Assembly (NCBI GenBank): GCA_000934665.2
Contig: KZ538134.1
Span: 1 to 64,000 of the forward strand
Origin: Catajapyx aquilonaris
Taxonomy: Eukaryota
Length of the DNA stretch: 64,000 nt
Direction: 5' to 3'
Under the pieces are notes generated by a model. It had not been told where the DNA came from. It searched no databases and saw only the letters and a list, made by a program, of their open reading frames with translations. Each line of letters starts with the position of its first letter. Positions within the stretch are counted from its first letter, which is position 1. This document shows positions 22,563 to 35,700 of this stretch, piece after piece. A program made the translations under genes and the position numbers.

Positions 22563-24669
22563 ATGTTCGCATTGCTCCTAACCTGCCTTTTTGGGAGCAG
22601 TGTTATCACTTTGTGTGTAAGTTTTTGATATTTCGAATCCATTACAGTTGTAACTGATTGTATTTTTTACTCATAACCAGGAAGCTGCAGTGGTCATACC
22701 CGACCGGTCCAGCCAGGAGTTGTCGACTGTTGGGTCCCTAATCGAACAATTGTTGAAATCCGAGTACCCCAAATGTTCCCTGAACTTGGACACAGACTTT
22801 AAGTTGCTGAGTCCGTCCCTGCAGAGCACCCTCCGTGTGGCTCAATATTGGTACAGAACTGTAGTGGTCAGTAATACAGACCCCTCATTCTCCTTGACCT
22901 ATTCCGACTATCCAGGTCTCTGGAAGGAAGAGCAGCTCTTCTCCTTCCGCACTTTGCCATACCAGCTACGAAGTGGAACATGGCCTGGGTTGCAATGCGT
23001 CCTCAACTTATTCCTGGTCAACAATCCAGCCATGCTTCCAAAAGTCATCATACATACAGCCACAACAGTAGAGTTTCGGAACCTGGAGGACCCAGTGGTC
23101 ATTCACTTCATGTCCCGTGAAATCACTCCTGAGGGTATCCTCTTGACCAATCCGACTCAAGGAATCGCACACAAGTTCCTCACCTTATATTCGGCCAGAG
23201 AACAACAGCTGGACATATACAACGCGTGCTACTTTTGCGACGCGGGTCAGCACGTCATCAACAAGCCGATGCAGTACCCACAACATGTCATACCGCGCAA
23301 GTACCTCTTTCCTGTGGCTCCTATCAAGATGAACGGAAGGCCTATCACCATGGCCTATATCGAGGAGCTGGATGTGGAGGAAGCAAGGCGTAAGAAGAAG
23401 ATATCGATGGAGTTGCTGAGCTACGAAGAGTACGTTGTCATGTACCTGGAGGATCTGATGGGCTGCAAGCTGTCGGTGATTGTCCCTCCGCTGTCCATAG
23501 ATGAGAAGATGCCCAATGGTTCGTACACTGGATTGACTGCAGCGGTCATGTATGGCAAAGCGGATGGATCAATGGTGCAGATGTACACAGACGTGTCGTA
23601 CCAAGCCAACGCACTGCCCTGTCCACTCATCTACTTCAGTGTGTCGTTTGCCACCAGACAACCGTTGCCTGACATGAAGTGGTACGTCATGTTCCAGCCG
23701 TACACTTTCCACGTATGGATATGCACCATCATAGGCATCTTCGTGTCTGCTCTGGCCTTCTACTTTTTGGAGAAGGTAATGCTGGATGACCACACGTCGT
23801 TTGTCCAAGGCGTGGCCATGGTTCTGAGAGAGTTTGTGGAGCAACCAGATGAGGTGATGGACTACGCTCCGACCCGGGTCTTCTACGTATTCCTGGCCAT
23901 TGTGGTGACAGTCATCATCACAGGGTACAAGGCCAAGTTTGTGGAGCTGCTGACCTCACCCGAGAAAGAGGTACTGTCCTTTAGTTTATTTGTTTACAAT
24001 AATTGACATTACACATGATCCTTTTTATAGGTGCTGCCCAAATATATCCGCGAACTGATTGAAACCAATATGTCGTATGGGACCATAATCGTTCTCAGAA
24101 CTCTGATGGAAATGGCTGTCGAAAAATCTGGCTCGCCCTTGCTGAAAGGCCTCCTGAAGAAATTGGATATCACATCTTCGTTCAAGAGCTGCTTTCGGAA
24201 GACTCTGAGCCACAACTTTGCATGCGTCAACCTAGATTACTATTACTTCAGGGAGCGAGACATGTTCCTGGATGGGAAGGGCAACCTGAAGATCCTATGG
24301 GCTCCAGAAGATGCCTTCACCTTCTACACTGGTCCAGCCCTGGCTAAAGATCAGGTCAATTTTGTGATGGCGAGGAGTGTGCTGCGGCACTTCTTCGAGA
24401 GCGGTACCAGCATCAAGAGGCGAGACCTGTTGAACCACATCACTTTCTTGCAGCATTACTATCGGATCCGGAAGCACTCTTCTGAAGAAGATACCTTCGT
24501 CAGCGTGGCTGACACACTCACTGTTGATAAGCTGTCCTTCGTCTTCTTCTTGTGGCTTGTGGGATTGGCCGCTTCACTGCTGAACTTCGTGGCCGAGTTA
24601 TGCACTTGTATTGGTAGAAGGCGAGGTCGAAAGAAGGAGAAATTGTTTCAGCACCCATTTCTTCGTTAG
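22563..24669 (+). CDS. Divergent ionotropic receptor (IR), 3 exons
   Basis: Exons 22563-22616 (signal peptide), 22681-23970, 24031-24669. PNGSYTGLTAAVMYGKADG S1 lobe, QPYTFHVW-M1, pore EQ, M3 TGYKAKFVELLTSP, M4 LTVDKLSFVFFLWLVGL. Confidence 0.9.
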
Positions 24670-25219
24670 GTCTTTCATCCATGCATTATGTTGCACATAT
24701 TAATTCTCAACAGTGTAATCTCAATTGTCAATGCCTCTTCTCGCCCCCGGTAAGAGGAGGCGGAGAGAGTGGGACATGAACTTGTCAAAAATTCAATTGC
24801 AATTTTTTTAGTAATTTAACCCTATCGGTGTATCCCGCAATGCTAAAGGTCTTGTTGTTGTCTTGTTCAAGCACTGTGTAGGCCCTACTCCGTTCAGGAA
24901 AGGTTCAGCAAATACCCACCAAAAATAGGTCTGCAAAAATGGGAACCACGGTGAGAATCAACTGTTTGACGTCCTTTGTTAATTTGCTCTACATTCACTT
25001 TGCATTCTTCACAATGGTGTTAACTGGCCGCATATTGCAATAATAAAATTGTGTCCAATGTTATAGTTGCAGCCACGTTGTATGACATTAAAATATTATC
25101 TTCTGGACGTATTTTACCTTCCTGGTCCAATCGTCCTATTGGTATTTTATTAATTATTAATACTATATTGTTGTGTGTGATACACTTTAATTCGTAGTTG
25201 ACATGAATTACATTCAGGC

Positions 25220-26830
25220 TTACAACTCCGTGACAAAAACAATAATGGATAAGAGAAAACCAACGAATAAGATAAAAAGCGGAACTCTCAAGCTTCCTCT
25301 ACTCGTTGTTGTAAAATTGTTGCCTTCTGCTTCCATATCAGGTGTCGAATAGTTGCTTACACGCAAATAATCGTACGTGTCAAATCCAAAGGCCAGGTAC
25401 CTAAGCAATCCTCTGCTGGCCGACTCATAGAAAATAGCGTCAGGGTCCATCTTCATTCCAACTGGGCGACTCGTAAGCCCTGACCTGGTACTGACATGAA
25501 AATGAGTCAAACTTCGCGGACTCAAGTTATGTTTCAGTGACACGTGGTCGACGAAACAAGCGTACTTTTCTTCCATCAACCGGGTCACACATTCACGAAG
25601 GAAAATGTTCTCTTCAAACTTCATCATCAGAGTCGAGATTTTGCCAAGAGGTTCTGCACTTTGCTTTAGGTCCTGGAAGTAACGTGAGTGTTTGACACTT
25701 GTTCCCCATTTGTAGTTATTGTCCACTAAATCTTGTAATGTGTCCATTCTTTTGACAGTGAGAGGCTGGCCTATTACTAGAGATATGAGCTCGGCGATGT
25801 ATAAAACCGATGCAATTAATCCAAAAACACTGCAGGCTTTGAAAATACGGCCAGCAATTTTCCTGCTTAGAATTGGCCTTATTTGACACGACCCTTCAAG
25901 ACGATATTTCAAGAAGAAAATTGCAGCAGGAATAGGCAATAAACACATAAATATCACACTGTTAGGCAATATGAATAATTTCCATGGCCAAATTTGCACC
26001 CGGATATTATTAGTCACATAAATTATGTCCCAGTAATAATACGGCAACGTGCAAGTAGCATGTGTACTACAGTTTGTCACGTCTACGTCATACTCAACAG
26101 TCCATCGAAATGACCAACCGATCCAATTTTGGGCATGCAAATATCTGCGTAAATAATTATGCAAAAGGTAGTTACCACCATTTTTCGAATCTATCTCCAA
26201 TCCTTCAAGATCATACGTGTAATCACGAAAAATGTCATGGAACGATACGTTTTCGATTGATATATTCCTGTGTTCATACCGGTACTGGACAGTCTCCCAT
26301 CCAAAATGTGGTGATGCAACAGTGGCCCACATGTTTTCATCTTGAAGCCAAATGCGATCAATTCCAAATGAGAACTTGACTCCAATGTCTTGAATTATCG
26401 TGGTCATATCAGGGTCCTTGAAAAAGATGTTGAAATCTCTTGTACATTTTCTGATTACTCTGCATAAATCATCTTTCTTGAACATGAAATCGGTCGAGTC
26501 TGATGTTGAGTAATGTAAGTTCAAGAAACAAGGATCAGCTTTTTGGAAAGGTATAAAAAGCTGCTTCCTCTGGTAATACCGATACCCATACTCTTTGACA
26601 ATAATGACTGCATTGAGAGACTGCAAGATGAGAATGTCCAGTTCCCTTGGAAATCTGCGCTGGTGTATGAAGAGGCCAAGAGTGCAACCAGATACATGAG
26701 AGCTTTCGTTGATCACTTTTCTGACTAAACGTGACAGAAGCACATCCTCACTCAGATGGTCTTCATTCTCCAGTTTGATGTGGCTGTGTGCAAGAGAGAA
26801 GAGGCAGAGGATTGATGCTAAGAACAACAT
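25220..26830 (-). CDS. Intronless highly divergent IR-like protein (536 aa)
   Basis: Signal peptide; LYIAELISLV M3-like helix; MDTLQDLVDNNYKWG; ECVTRLMEEKYACF; SRGLLRYLAFGF; terminal M4 LRVPLFILFVGFLLSIIVFVTEL. Confidence 0.82.
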   Translation of the reverse strand: MLFLASILCLFSLAHSHIKLENEDHLSEDVLLSRLVRKVINESSHVSGCTLGLFIHQRRFPRELDILILQSLNAVIIVKEYGYRYYQRKQLFIPFQKADPCFLNLHYSTSDSTDFMFKKDDLCRVIRKCTRDFNIFFKDPDMTTIIQDIGVKFSFGIDRIWLQDENMWATVASPHFGWETVQYRYEHRNISIENVSFHDIFRDYTYDLEGLEIDSKNGGNYLLHNYLRRYLHAQNWIGWSFRWTVEYDVDVTNCSTHATCTLPYYYWDIIYVTNNIRVQIWPWKLFILPNSVIFMCLLPIPAAIFFLKYRLEGSCQIRPILSRKIAGRIFKACSVFGLIASVLYIAELISLVIGQPLTVKRMDTLQDLVDNNYKWGTSVKHSRYFQDLKQSAEPLGKISTLMMKFEENIFLRECVTRLMEEKYACFVDHVSLKHNLSPRSLTHFHVSTRSGLTSRPVGMKMDPDAIFYESASRGLLRYLAFGFDTYDYLRVSNYSTPDMEAEGNNFTTTSRGSLRVPLFILFVGFLLSIIVFVTEL

Positions 26831-27182
26831 ATTCGCGTCCTTTCACTTCCAATATTGGAAAAGAACTGTTGACACATCAGCTTGTACAGGCTATTAGTTC
26901 TAATGCTGTTTACGAGTTTCTGTCCATTATCCAAATTGTTTTCATTGGCGAAATCAATAACAAACATTAGGAGCGACATGTAAGGTGTTTGTTGACCATG
27001 AACATCTAACAAAAGCTGCAATCGCCAAAGTGCTGCAAACAGTGAAAGATTCGCCTTGACGAACACAATTGATCAATCACGTTAAATTATTCATTAGAGG
27101 AAGTGGCTTTGACACAACTTTTAGCAATGAACACGTATGCTGCCCTGTACTATTGGGCGTTTGAATACTGTCTCCAGCAGTC

Positions 27183-29315
27183 ATGTCAAAAATACTTGCA
27201 AGAATGTGCTCGGCACTTGCCATTATTTTGGCCTCCCTTTTCCCAACAGCACACAGTCAGAAGTATAACATTTCGTACATAAGTGTTAATGATGACTGTG
27301 AAGAGTGTCTTTTCGAGGAGTTCATCCGAACCCATCTGGCAGAGAGTGACCAAGTGAGAAACTGCACCGTCAGCATCAATGAAGATTACCCCATCCTGCC
27401 TCCAGGACTGGACATGCTGCCCTTCAACATCGACTCTCCTGTCATTATCACGTATAGAACATTAATGTACACCTTGCATAATCAAACAGGCATTGTCCAT
27501 CCTTTTGTTCCACAAATGTCAGGTCAGTGCATGTTGCATGTGTTTCACGCAGCGCCAGAAGCAGTGGATGAATTCTACGATTTAATAATCACCTCATTCA
27601 GAGTCATCAGTCACATGAATCGCGATTTCCACCTGTATAGAATCAAATGGGACGATCCAGACGCTTCCATACTGCACAAATTTTATGATCATACCAAATT
27701 CAGAACTAATGTTGGAAAGCTGAGACAAGAAAATAGCAGAGTTACAGCTGACCTGTACTCAGTGTGCAATTTCTGTGATGACGGGCGCATGATCATTGTG
27801 GTCCAGGAGAATGTTTCCCAATTTACTTGGAGCGAGACCCCAAAGGACTGCAGAGGTCTCGACATTATTGTTGATGATATTTCTCACCCTCTCAATTTAT
27901 TTCTGAGAGATTATCTCCATTATGCTGACGGGGAAAACTCACATATCGACTTTGTCCAGAATTGCATGTGGCTTACCCTGAACAACATTCTGGACCCGCT
28001 CTACTTCACGCACGATGCCCTATTCGGCACCAGCCAGCCTTATTTGTTCGAAAACGTGGTGTTCTTCACCAAGAGGGTACAGCCCCGTTTCACCTGGGAT
28101 CTCCTTCTCACACCTTTAACCTGGAGCATATGGGTGTGCATGTCCCTGTCTCTCCTGGTGTACTGTGTGGTGGTTCTGGTTGTAGTCAGGTTACATGGTC
28201 TGCAACTATCATCAATGGAGGTTGGCTTCATGTTGCTGTCGCCTCTTCTCAATCAGGGTATGAAGGTGCCCAGAGAGGCTCCGTTGAAGGTACGTTCATG
28301 TGAAGTACAGGTTCCAAAACCACAGCACTTGGGCTAGGTACAGGGTCCCGGGTCACTGGTCCTGAAACAAATTAATAAGATGCACATTACTCACAGAGTC
28401 CAAGCTCACAGTTGTTGTGCAGTTACCCTAAAACCACACAAATACACCAACACAAATGATAGTTGTACGAGGCATCTGGCACCAGTGCAGTGTTGTGGTT
28501 TAGCAATATCCTTGCGTACTGTGTATTATACATAAAACACAGCCATAACATGATTAGTTCAAGAAACTTTGACATAATGCTAATGGCTCGTGTATGATCT
28601 TCTGCAGCTAGTAGCAGGAGTGTGGCTGTTCTTCTGCCTGGTTATGTCGACGCTGTATGCCTCCAAGCTGGTGGGATTCGTGTTGGATCCTCCAGTGAAG
28701 AATGTGGAGTCACTGCAAGACCTGATCATAGAAGGCTACACCTGGGGTTCTGCTGACAGTGGGTTTTATTCCAGGTTTGCCAAGTACAACAGCAAAGATG
28801 ACGTGCACGGAAGGATCATCCTGGAGATGACTCAGATGGATGAGCTAAAGGAGTGCTTCACCAACATACACCGATGGAAGTTTGCTTGCTTCACACAGAG
28901 CTTTGCTTTCAGCACTTTGCTCAGCACTGACCTGTACAATGCTGAGGAAATTTACCTAGTAGTCACGGATCTCCCAACATTGATGGCAGGAATTGTTCTT
29001 CACAAGGGGGCGCTCTTCTACGAAGCTGTTAATAGAGGAGTTTTACTATTCCAGTCGTCTGGAATGCATGATTACTATTTCAGAGTGATGTTTGAGGCGA
29101 ATGAGGAGCGCAAACTGCGAAGGAAGTACCGGTATATATTAGCTGATGGAGCTATGCCAAAAGCATTGACAGTTGTAGAACTCCGAGCAGCCTTCTTCTG
29201 CTTAATTGCTGGCAGCATAGTTTCAGTTACACTTTTGCATCTGGAGATGAAGGCCAAGAAAGTGACAACCAAAACAGCTTTACAAACCTATGAGGGACGA
29301 CCTATATACCCATGA
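27183..29315 (+). CDS. Divergent ionotropic receptor (IR), 2 exons
   Basis: Exons 27183-28289 and 28608-29315. TPLTWSIW-M1, LLNQG pore, GVWLFFCLVMSTLYASKLVGFV M3, VNRGVLLFQSSGMHDYY, LTVVELRAAFFCLIAG M4. Confidence 0.9.
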
Positions 29316-30881
29316 ATGTGAGAGGCTAGTACAACTAACTTGTTAGTGTAGCAACCATGAGTTTATAACATATGGTCAGTATTTATTAACCATAGACATG
29401 CATTATGCGATTGTATTAATTATGTGCCTGGAAATAATAATTATTGCCTGAGGGCAAAAAAAAAAATTGTAATGGTTCTCATTATATTTAACACTTTGAT
29501 CTCCATTGTCAATTATATCATCCTATAATTTTAATCTGGATCAGTTGGGGAATATTACAGGCTGTAATCTGTATTACAGTACAATACAGGCACATACTTC
29601 ACACAGCATGTGGCCTGTCTTAGGCCCTGGTATCCACTGTTTTCCATTCCCATCCACCTTGCCACTTCCCTTCTTCCCTTCCCAACTTTGACTCACCCAC
29701 AGCTGAAACAGTTGGGCAAAATATCTGCACTTTAAATCAGGGGGGTACCCTCCAATAGGACAGAAAACCCGCGACATTCTGCCCAGTTCGGTGTGTCCAC
29801 CAGCAGAGCTCCCCACCCTGCGCAGGAGCACATCATGGCACCACTGAACTTGAGACAGTCACATGCAAATTCTAGATGACAAACTTGTTCTTCTGGTGTA
29901 GACGAGCCTCTAGCTGGGTTCGTAAAGGTCTCCTGCATGGTATGATTAAACTTCGTCAGTACTTATTGTTAGTTAAATGCTCATGTCGCCATGTAACGCA
30001 AAAGAAAAATTGCATGGTGAACTGAAACTGCCTTTTTTTTCATTTTGTGACATGCCCCAGTGATTTCTCACACTTACCAATAAAACGTGTCAGCTCACTC
30101 AACTGAATCTCAAAATCTGGCCATGAAGTGTATTACAAATTAGCAAGAAAATGAGCAGCACGTTTTAAAATCATGACCATTCGGCTAGTACGCAGTTGCA
30201 CTAATGCGGTGTCCCACATTCACCCGAAGCATGATGAAAGTACACACTAATAATTATGAAAAGTGAGACCCAGTGTCAACAGGTATAATCTCTACTATCA
30301 AGATTATCCATTTATGCCAAGTAAATACCTCAGAACACTGAATCTGTACAAAAAAGAGAAAAATAATGGCAACAGGAGAATAACAAATAATGTAACAGCA
30401 TTGCTAAAGTTTTCAAGTTTATTCCGCCTACTTCAGAACACTCGCCTTAATCAAAGGCCCAAATCTTATGGTAAATACAGCTTCATCTCTCTTGCCTCAA
30501 AATGATTATATGTGACAAAATTGGAGCGCAATTTTCAAATCTTTCAAATCTCTTTCCTGTTAGTATATTTCCCCCATAATTTTTGTTTAATGTGGAACAA
30601 AATAACTTACAAAACCCTACGACAAATCAAAACTTTAACTGCCATTAAAAAAGACCTGTGTCTGGATACAAAGGAGCAGAAGCATTTGCTTTTGCAACAC
30701 CTTTATCCAATAATGGTGCAGTTCATTACAGTATGTCATTTTGTGACTTATTACTTTCATCCAAAAACTTTCTTTTCTAATTTAACTACTGTAATGCCTA
30801 ATACTAGTACCTGCCATTCAATTAAACAGCTGAGCTACTTATGTAAAGAGCATAACACTCTAAAACCATATGAAACCCTGT

Positions 30882-32667
30882 TTAAAAACTTGTTGTCTCC
30901 AACCCATCCTCTCCATCCTCGTCCTGCCCACTTATCACAATATTTGGCATTTCACATCCTTTGAAGGCACCCAGTTCATAAGCATAGGACAAAAAGGCCC
31001 TCCATTCCCTGTCCAGAGCCAGCACGTGAGGGTTGCCAATCACCACCAGGCAGGCCTCAGCTCTTGTTAGGGCCACGTTCATTCGCTTTGGGCTGGCTAC
31101 AAAACCCAAATTGAAGATCTGGTCCATCTTCCACAATTCCTGCATTGATCGAACGGTTGACAGGATGATGGCCACTCTCTCTTGACCCTGGAACTCCTCC
31201 ACTGACCCAATTTTAGGTCTTGGAGTACCTACTATGTCCAAAAATTGACGTATCTTCTCCACCTGTGATGTTCCATGAGTGAGAAAAAGAAGGGGAAAAA
31301 GTTTGTGCATAAAAATCCGTATGAGCGCACCCAAATAAAAATGGATATACCCAAATGATTAATTACTCTATTTTTAATCATATGTATTACTTGAGATCCC
31401 TCTCAGTATATTTATAGTATTGATCTACTGTTCCTAATTATTATGAAAAATATCTTACCTGCTTCCTGTATGGGGTGATTATCCCAACATGTTCAGGCTT
31501 CAGACCTCCCTGATCGTAGAGCACTTGCAAGTGCTGCCACACCTCAAACACCTCTGCCTTGTTGTACCAGGATGGGCTGTCCTTGTCCTGCTCGTTCTCC
31601 CCTTTGACACCACAGAACACCAAGGCCACTGACTTTGTGGGGAAGATATCTAGCTTCCGCAAGTCAGCCCACTTGCTCAGATCTGCCTGTGCTATCAGTT
31701 CATTGTGGTAAAACATCCTCGATGGAAATTTCAGAAGGAGGGGATCCGATCTAAACATGTGAAATAAAGGCAGAGAAAGGAGTGAAAATAAAATTAAAGC
31801 AGCAAATGACTAACGAAACAGCAACAAGAATATTAATCGCCGAAAGACAGGCACAGATCCCTTGGTTGCTGCTGAATTGATCCCATTTACAAGCACTATA
31901 GAGTTTGCATATGCTCCTTTAAAGTAACACAACATTCGTACCTGTAATTGATGACCAGTTTTGTGACAAGCAATGGGTCATAGTTTCCATCATGGGCAAA
32001 CTTGACATCATCCCTCCGGTACAGTTGGTTTTCGGTAAGTCTCTCAAGGAGTGAGCGTTCCAGTCCATTCCTCTTGGCAAGACGGCTGGTGAGGACAGGC
32101 CCCAGCTGCTTGGGGTCTCCTGCCAGGACAATCTGTGCTTCTCCAGGGCTGTTGGACAGAAGGCCAATGGGCACCAGTGCCTCAGGCTCATTGGCATACC
32201 CTGCCTCATCTATGAACACATGTGTAAAGTGGCCATACGTAAGGCCCAGAGTGTAGATGGTCCCTGATGCATTGCAAGTGGTCACCACCAAGCGATGGTG
32301 CACCACCTGGTCCAAACTGTCACTGTCCATGCAGTAGGGCTTGATCTCACTGGTTAGAGTGTCAGTTCCTCGCCGGAACGAGTTCAGGCGAACCATGTCA
32401 CCAATCTAAAGACAGAAATACAAAAAGGAAGATACAGGGTGTTGCCCAATGAGTTCAACAGACTTCTAGGGTGAACTCCTTGGAACCAGTGGATCACTTT
32501 ATGTGCAGGTGTCATAGTCAGTGGCGCCGATCCTATCCCTCCGGTGGGGCGGCGGCCCCACGGGCCCCCCAAGGCCCGAGCTGACGGGCCCCCCCGACCA
32601 GAAAAGGAGAGAGGGAGAGAAGGGAGAGAAGGGAGAGAAGAGAGAGAAGAGAGAGAAGAGAGAGAGA

Positions 32668-32700
<33 letters not shown>

Positions 32701-35700
32701 CATAAGCGTGACGTCAATAAGCGGGGCCCCATTCATTCCATTGATTATTTCCATTTGGTATCAATCTACATGTACACATTTAGGTAGGCCTATCGTGCAG
32801 TGGCGGAAGAGTATGGTAGTTCTGGTGGTTCCCGAACTAATGTAGGTCCCGTAATTAGGAGGGCCCTTACAGTTGAAAAGCATTATGAATAAAGATGTTA
32901 AAATTCATGTAAAAATCTACATGGGGAAGTCAAAGAAGGAATTACAATGATGGAGATAGAAAAATATCTACAAGAGTATTATGTGAAGGAGAACTAGGGG
33001 GCTCCTCAATATAGATTCGAACCTGGGCAGGGCCCTGCGCCGATTGTTCCACCATGGGGCTGCCTAGAGCGGAAATTTTTTAGGGCCGGCATTTGAGGGG
33101 CGAAATTGTCTCTGGTAGGCCCTACTGTGGAAAAATTGCGGTGGAGTTGCATTCCTGGGGGTCATTCCAGTTCACGTTCCAGTTCAATTTCATCAAATAA
33201 TAGGCCTACACACCCATTCAAATCTCCTAGTAGCTTGTGTGACCTTGAACCCAAAAAATTTTCGCCTGCGGCGGGCTTCCGTCTCTCACTTTGCGCTTTC
33301 CTTATTTGGTGCTGCCCCCCATGATGGGCCCCCAATGAAGAAAAAATGGGGCCCCCCCGGGTACCTCGCCCCACCGCTCACGGTGGACATCGGCGCCACT
33401 GGTCATAGTGTCTGTGCAGCTTAGGCACCAAGGTTCCCATGATATTTATCATGAAGTATAGCATATCCCAGGGGTCGCATCTTAGTTAGTTTTGTCCAGG
33501 TGCAAACTTTGCACTCCAGAATTTCATTTGGAATACAAATTGGTTACTTGGAGTGCATAATTTCTCATTGTTGTGTTTAGCCAAATTAAAAACCAGGACC
33601 CACTGGAGTGCAAACTTGGCAATCCAAGGCTCAGTTTGGAGTGAAGATAACAATTGTGGAGTGGAAATTGCACCTTTGCATCCCCCCCGATATTCTGAAA
33701 GGTTTGCATACAACCATGCGCAGCTGCGCATGTCCAAAACTATGCGTGAGTGCCTCTACTGCACCTTGACATAAAGTGAACCACAGGTTAATTCACTCTA
33801 CAGGTTTGCCAGTGAAATTATATGCAACTTCCCCAAACTCACTCATACACATACACAAATGAACTTATAAGTTTCCAGATATCTAAAAGGTTCAGTTCAA
33901 TAAAAATCATACCTTTAATATACCAGTTCGATGGAGGCGGGTAACTATGAGGTCAGCTGAACTATTAGATGGGGTCACTACTAAGATCCTGTGGGAGAAA
34001 ATATATATTCTAATTATGCACTAGTCAAAGACATCTACATAACTGACATATCCAGTACAATTCCTTGACCTCTGTCTAGCAGGAGCATTGTAACATATAA
34101 CAGCAATCAGGATTTGGCAAAGTTCCCACAAGAACAAAGTTTTAAGAACTACAGTATTTTAATGGCTAGTGGCTGGCATGTGGCAACTGAGTAATACCAA
34201 GACATCCCCCAGTATATTCACTCCATGATTTCCTTCCAACTTAACAGCTGCTTCAAAATATGTCATGCAATTTCTATGCAAGCTTTAAGGCAAATCAGAA
34301 TCAGAAATATCTCTTACAAAATCAGTTCCAATCAGTTCATTTGTGTATCACAGTAAAAATTTTACCTGCTGAAATTTATGAGTCGATAGGCCTGCAGTGC
34401 AGCCTCAATGAGTGTCACAGTTTTCCCAGTCCCAGGAGGTCCATATATGATATATGGTAGAGGTCTGGCCTCTCCCTTAAGGATGCGTCTAACTGCATTC
34501 TTCTGTTGTTCATTCAGGTTTCTGTTCACCCAACGAAGAGACACAGGATGGGTCAATCCTACTCGCCAGTTGGATTTGAGGGGGCGCATCAGTTCTGAAT
34601 AGTCTCGGATGTGCAGGTTTGGCTTTCGCCGAGCCAGGGATGGACCAACATCAGTGGTAGTTGCAGGCTTTGGCTTTTGTGACTGCTGTTGTGAATCATT
34701 CCTGAAAATTATAATCAGAATTTATTGATAATTATACAGTACAGTGTGTTCAGTTCCAAAGTGTCCAATTGCCAATTTTTGGCTCATAAGCTGCTCATGT
34801 TTAAGTAGCTATCTTTAAGTTATTAAAAATATTTTCTAATGACATTAGGTTAAATGGAAAGAATGTCTGAGAGCCACATATATCAGTTCAAGAACATGAT
34901 TCCTATAGCAGAACATTGCAGAAAACTACTCACAATGTGCAATTCCGTGAATACTGTAAATACATACATATTGGAAATTTCCCCATAGTCACATCGTGCA
35001 TGTAACTCCCCTGGTGATTGCAGCTTGCAATGTCATCATCACGACATTTCCCTACAAGGGTAGTCAGTGATGAAGGAGACAAATGTTAACCCCACTTATG
35101 AACAACACCCACTGCAATTGCAAATTACGAGATAACGAGATGTAGGGGAGAACGGCAATTGGAACACATGGTACCGGATAAATAATATCAACATATGTGA
35201 AAAGATCTACTCAATCACAAATTCTGTGCTGCCATATTAATATCAAAGAGATTGGGAGGTGGAGGCGAAGTGGCGCAGCTCTAATACTCGCACCCATGGA
35301 CAGAAAGGTCAGAAAGAAAATGGTTATTAAAAATTATTATTATTACAACAAACATTCTACAAACCCAGAAGATGTGTCTAACATTGCATCAGGCTTTGTC
35401 ATATCTTCAGTCCCATATGCCACTGACTCATGAGGCACTTCATGAACCTTTGGAAACTTTCTAGGAGGATGCAGTGGCTCATTCCCCATCTCGATAAATG
35501 TGACCCTTGGCTGGCTGACCATCACATGAGTTGGAAAAAGAATCTCCTGGGGCAGGTGTCGCAAGAAGAGATCGACACCCTGGTGGAGTCGACGATACCC
35601 GCTTCGGCTCACCTCAAAGCGAACATCATATGATTCCCCATCATACTGCTCATGGAAAGAGGGAGCAAACCGCAGGTATATCTCTGTGCTGCGAACTTCA

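Noticed and set aside
32499..32787. Collagen-like GPP/GEK or SL-repeat ORFs
   Set aside because: Translation of GC-rich subterminal repeats and a (GA)n tract within the hAT element.
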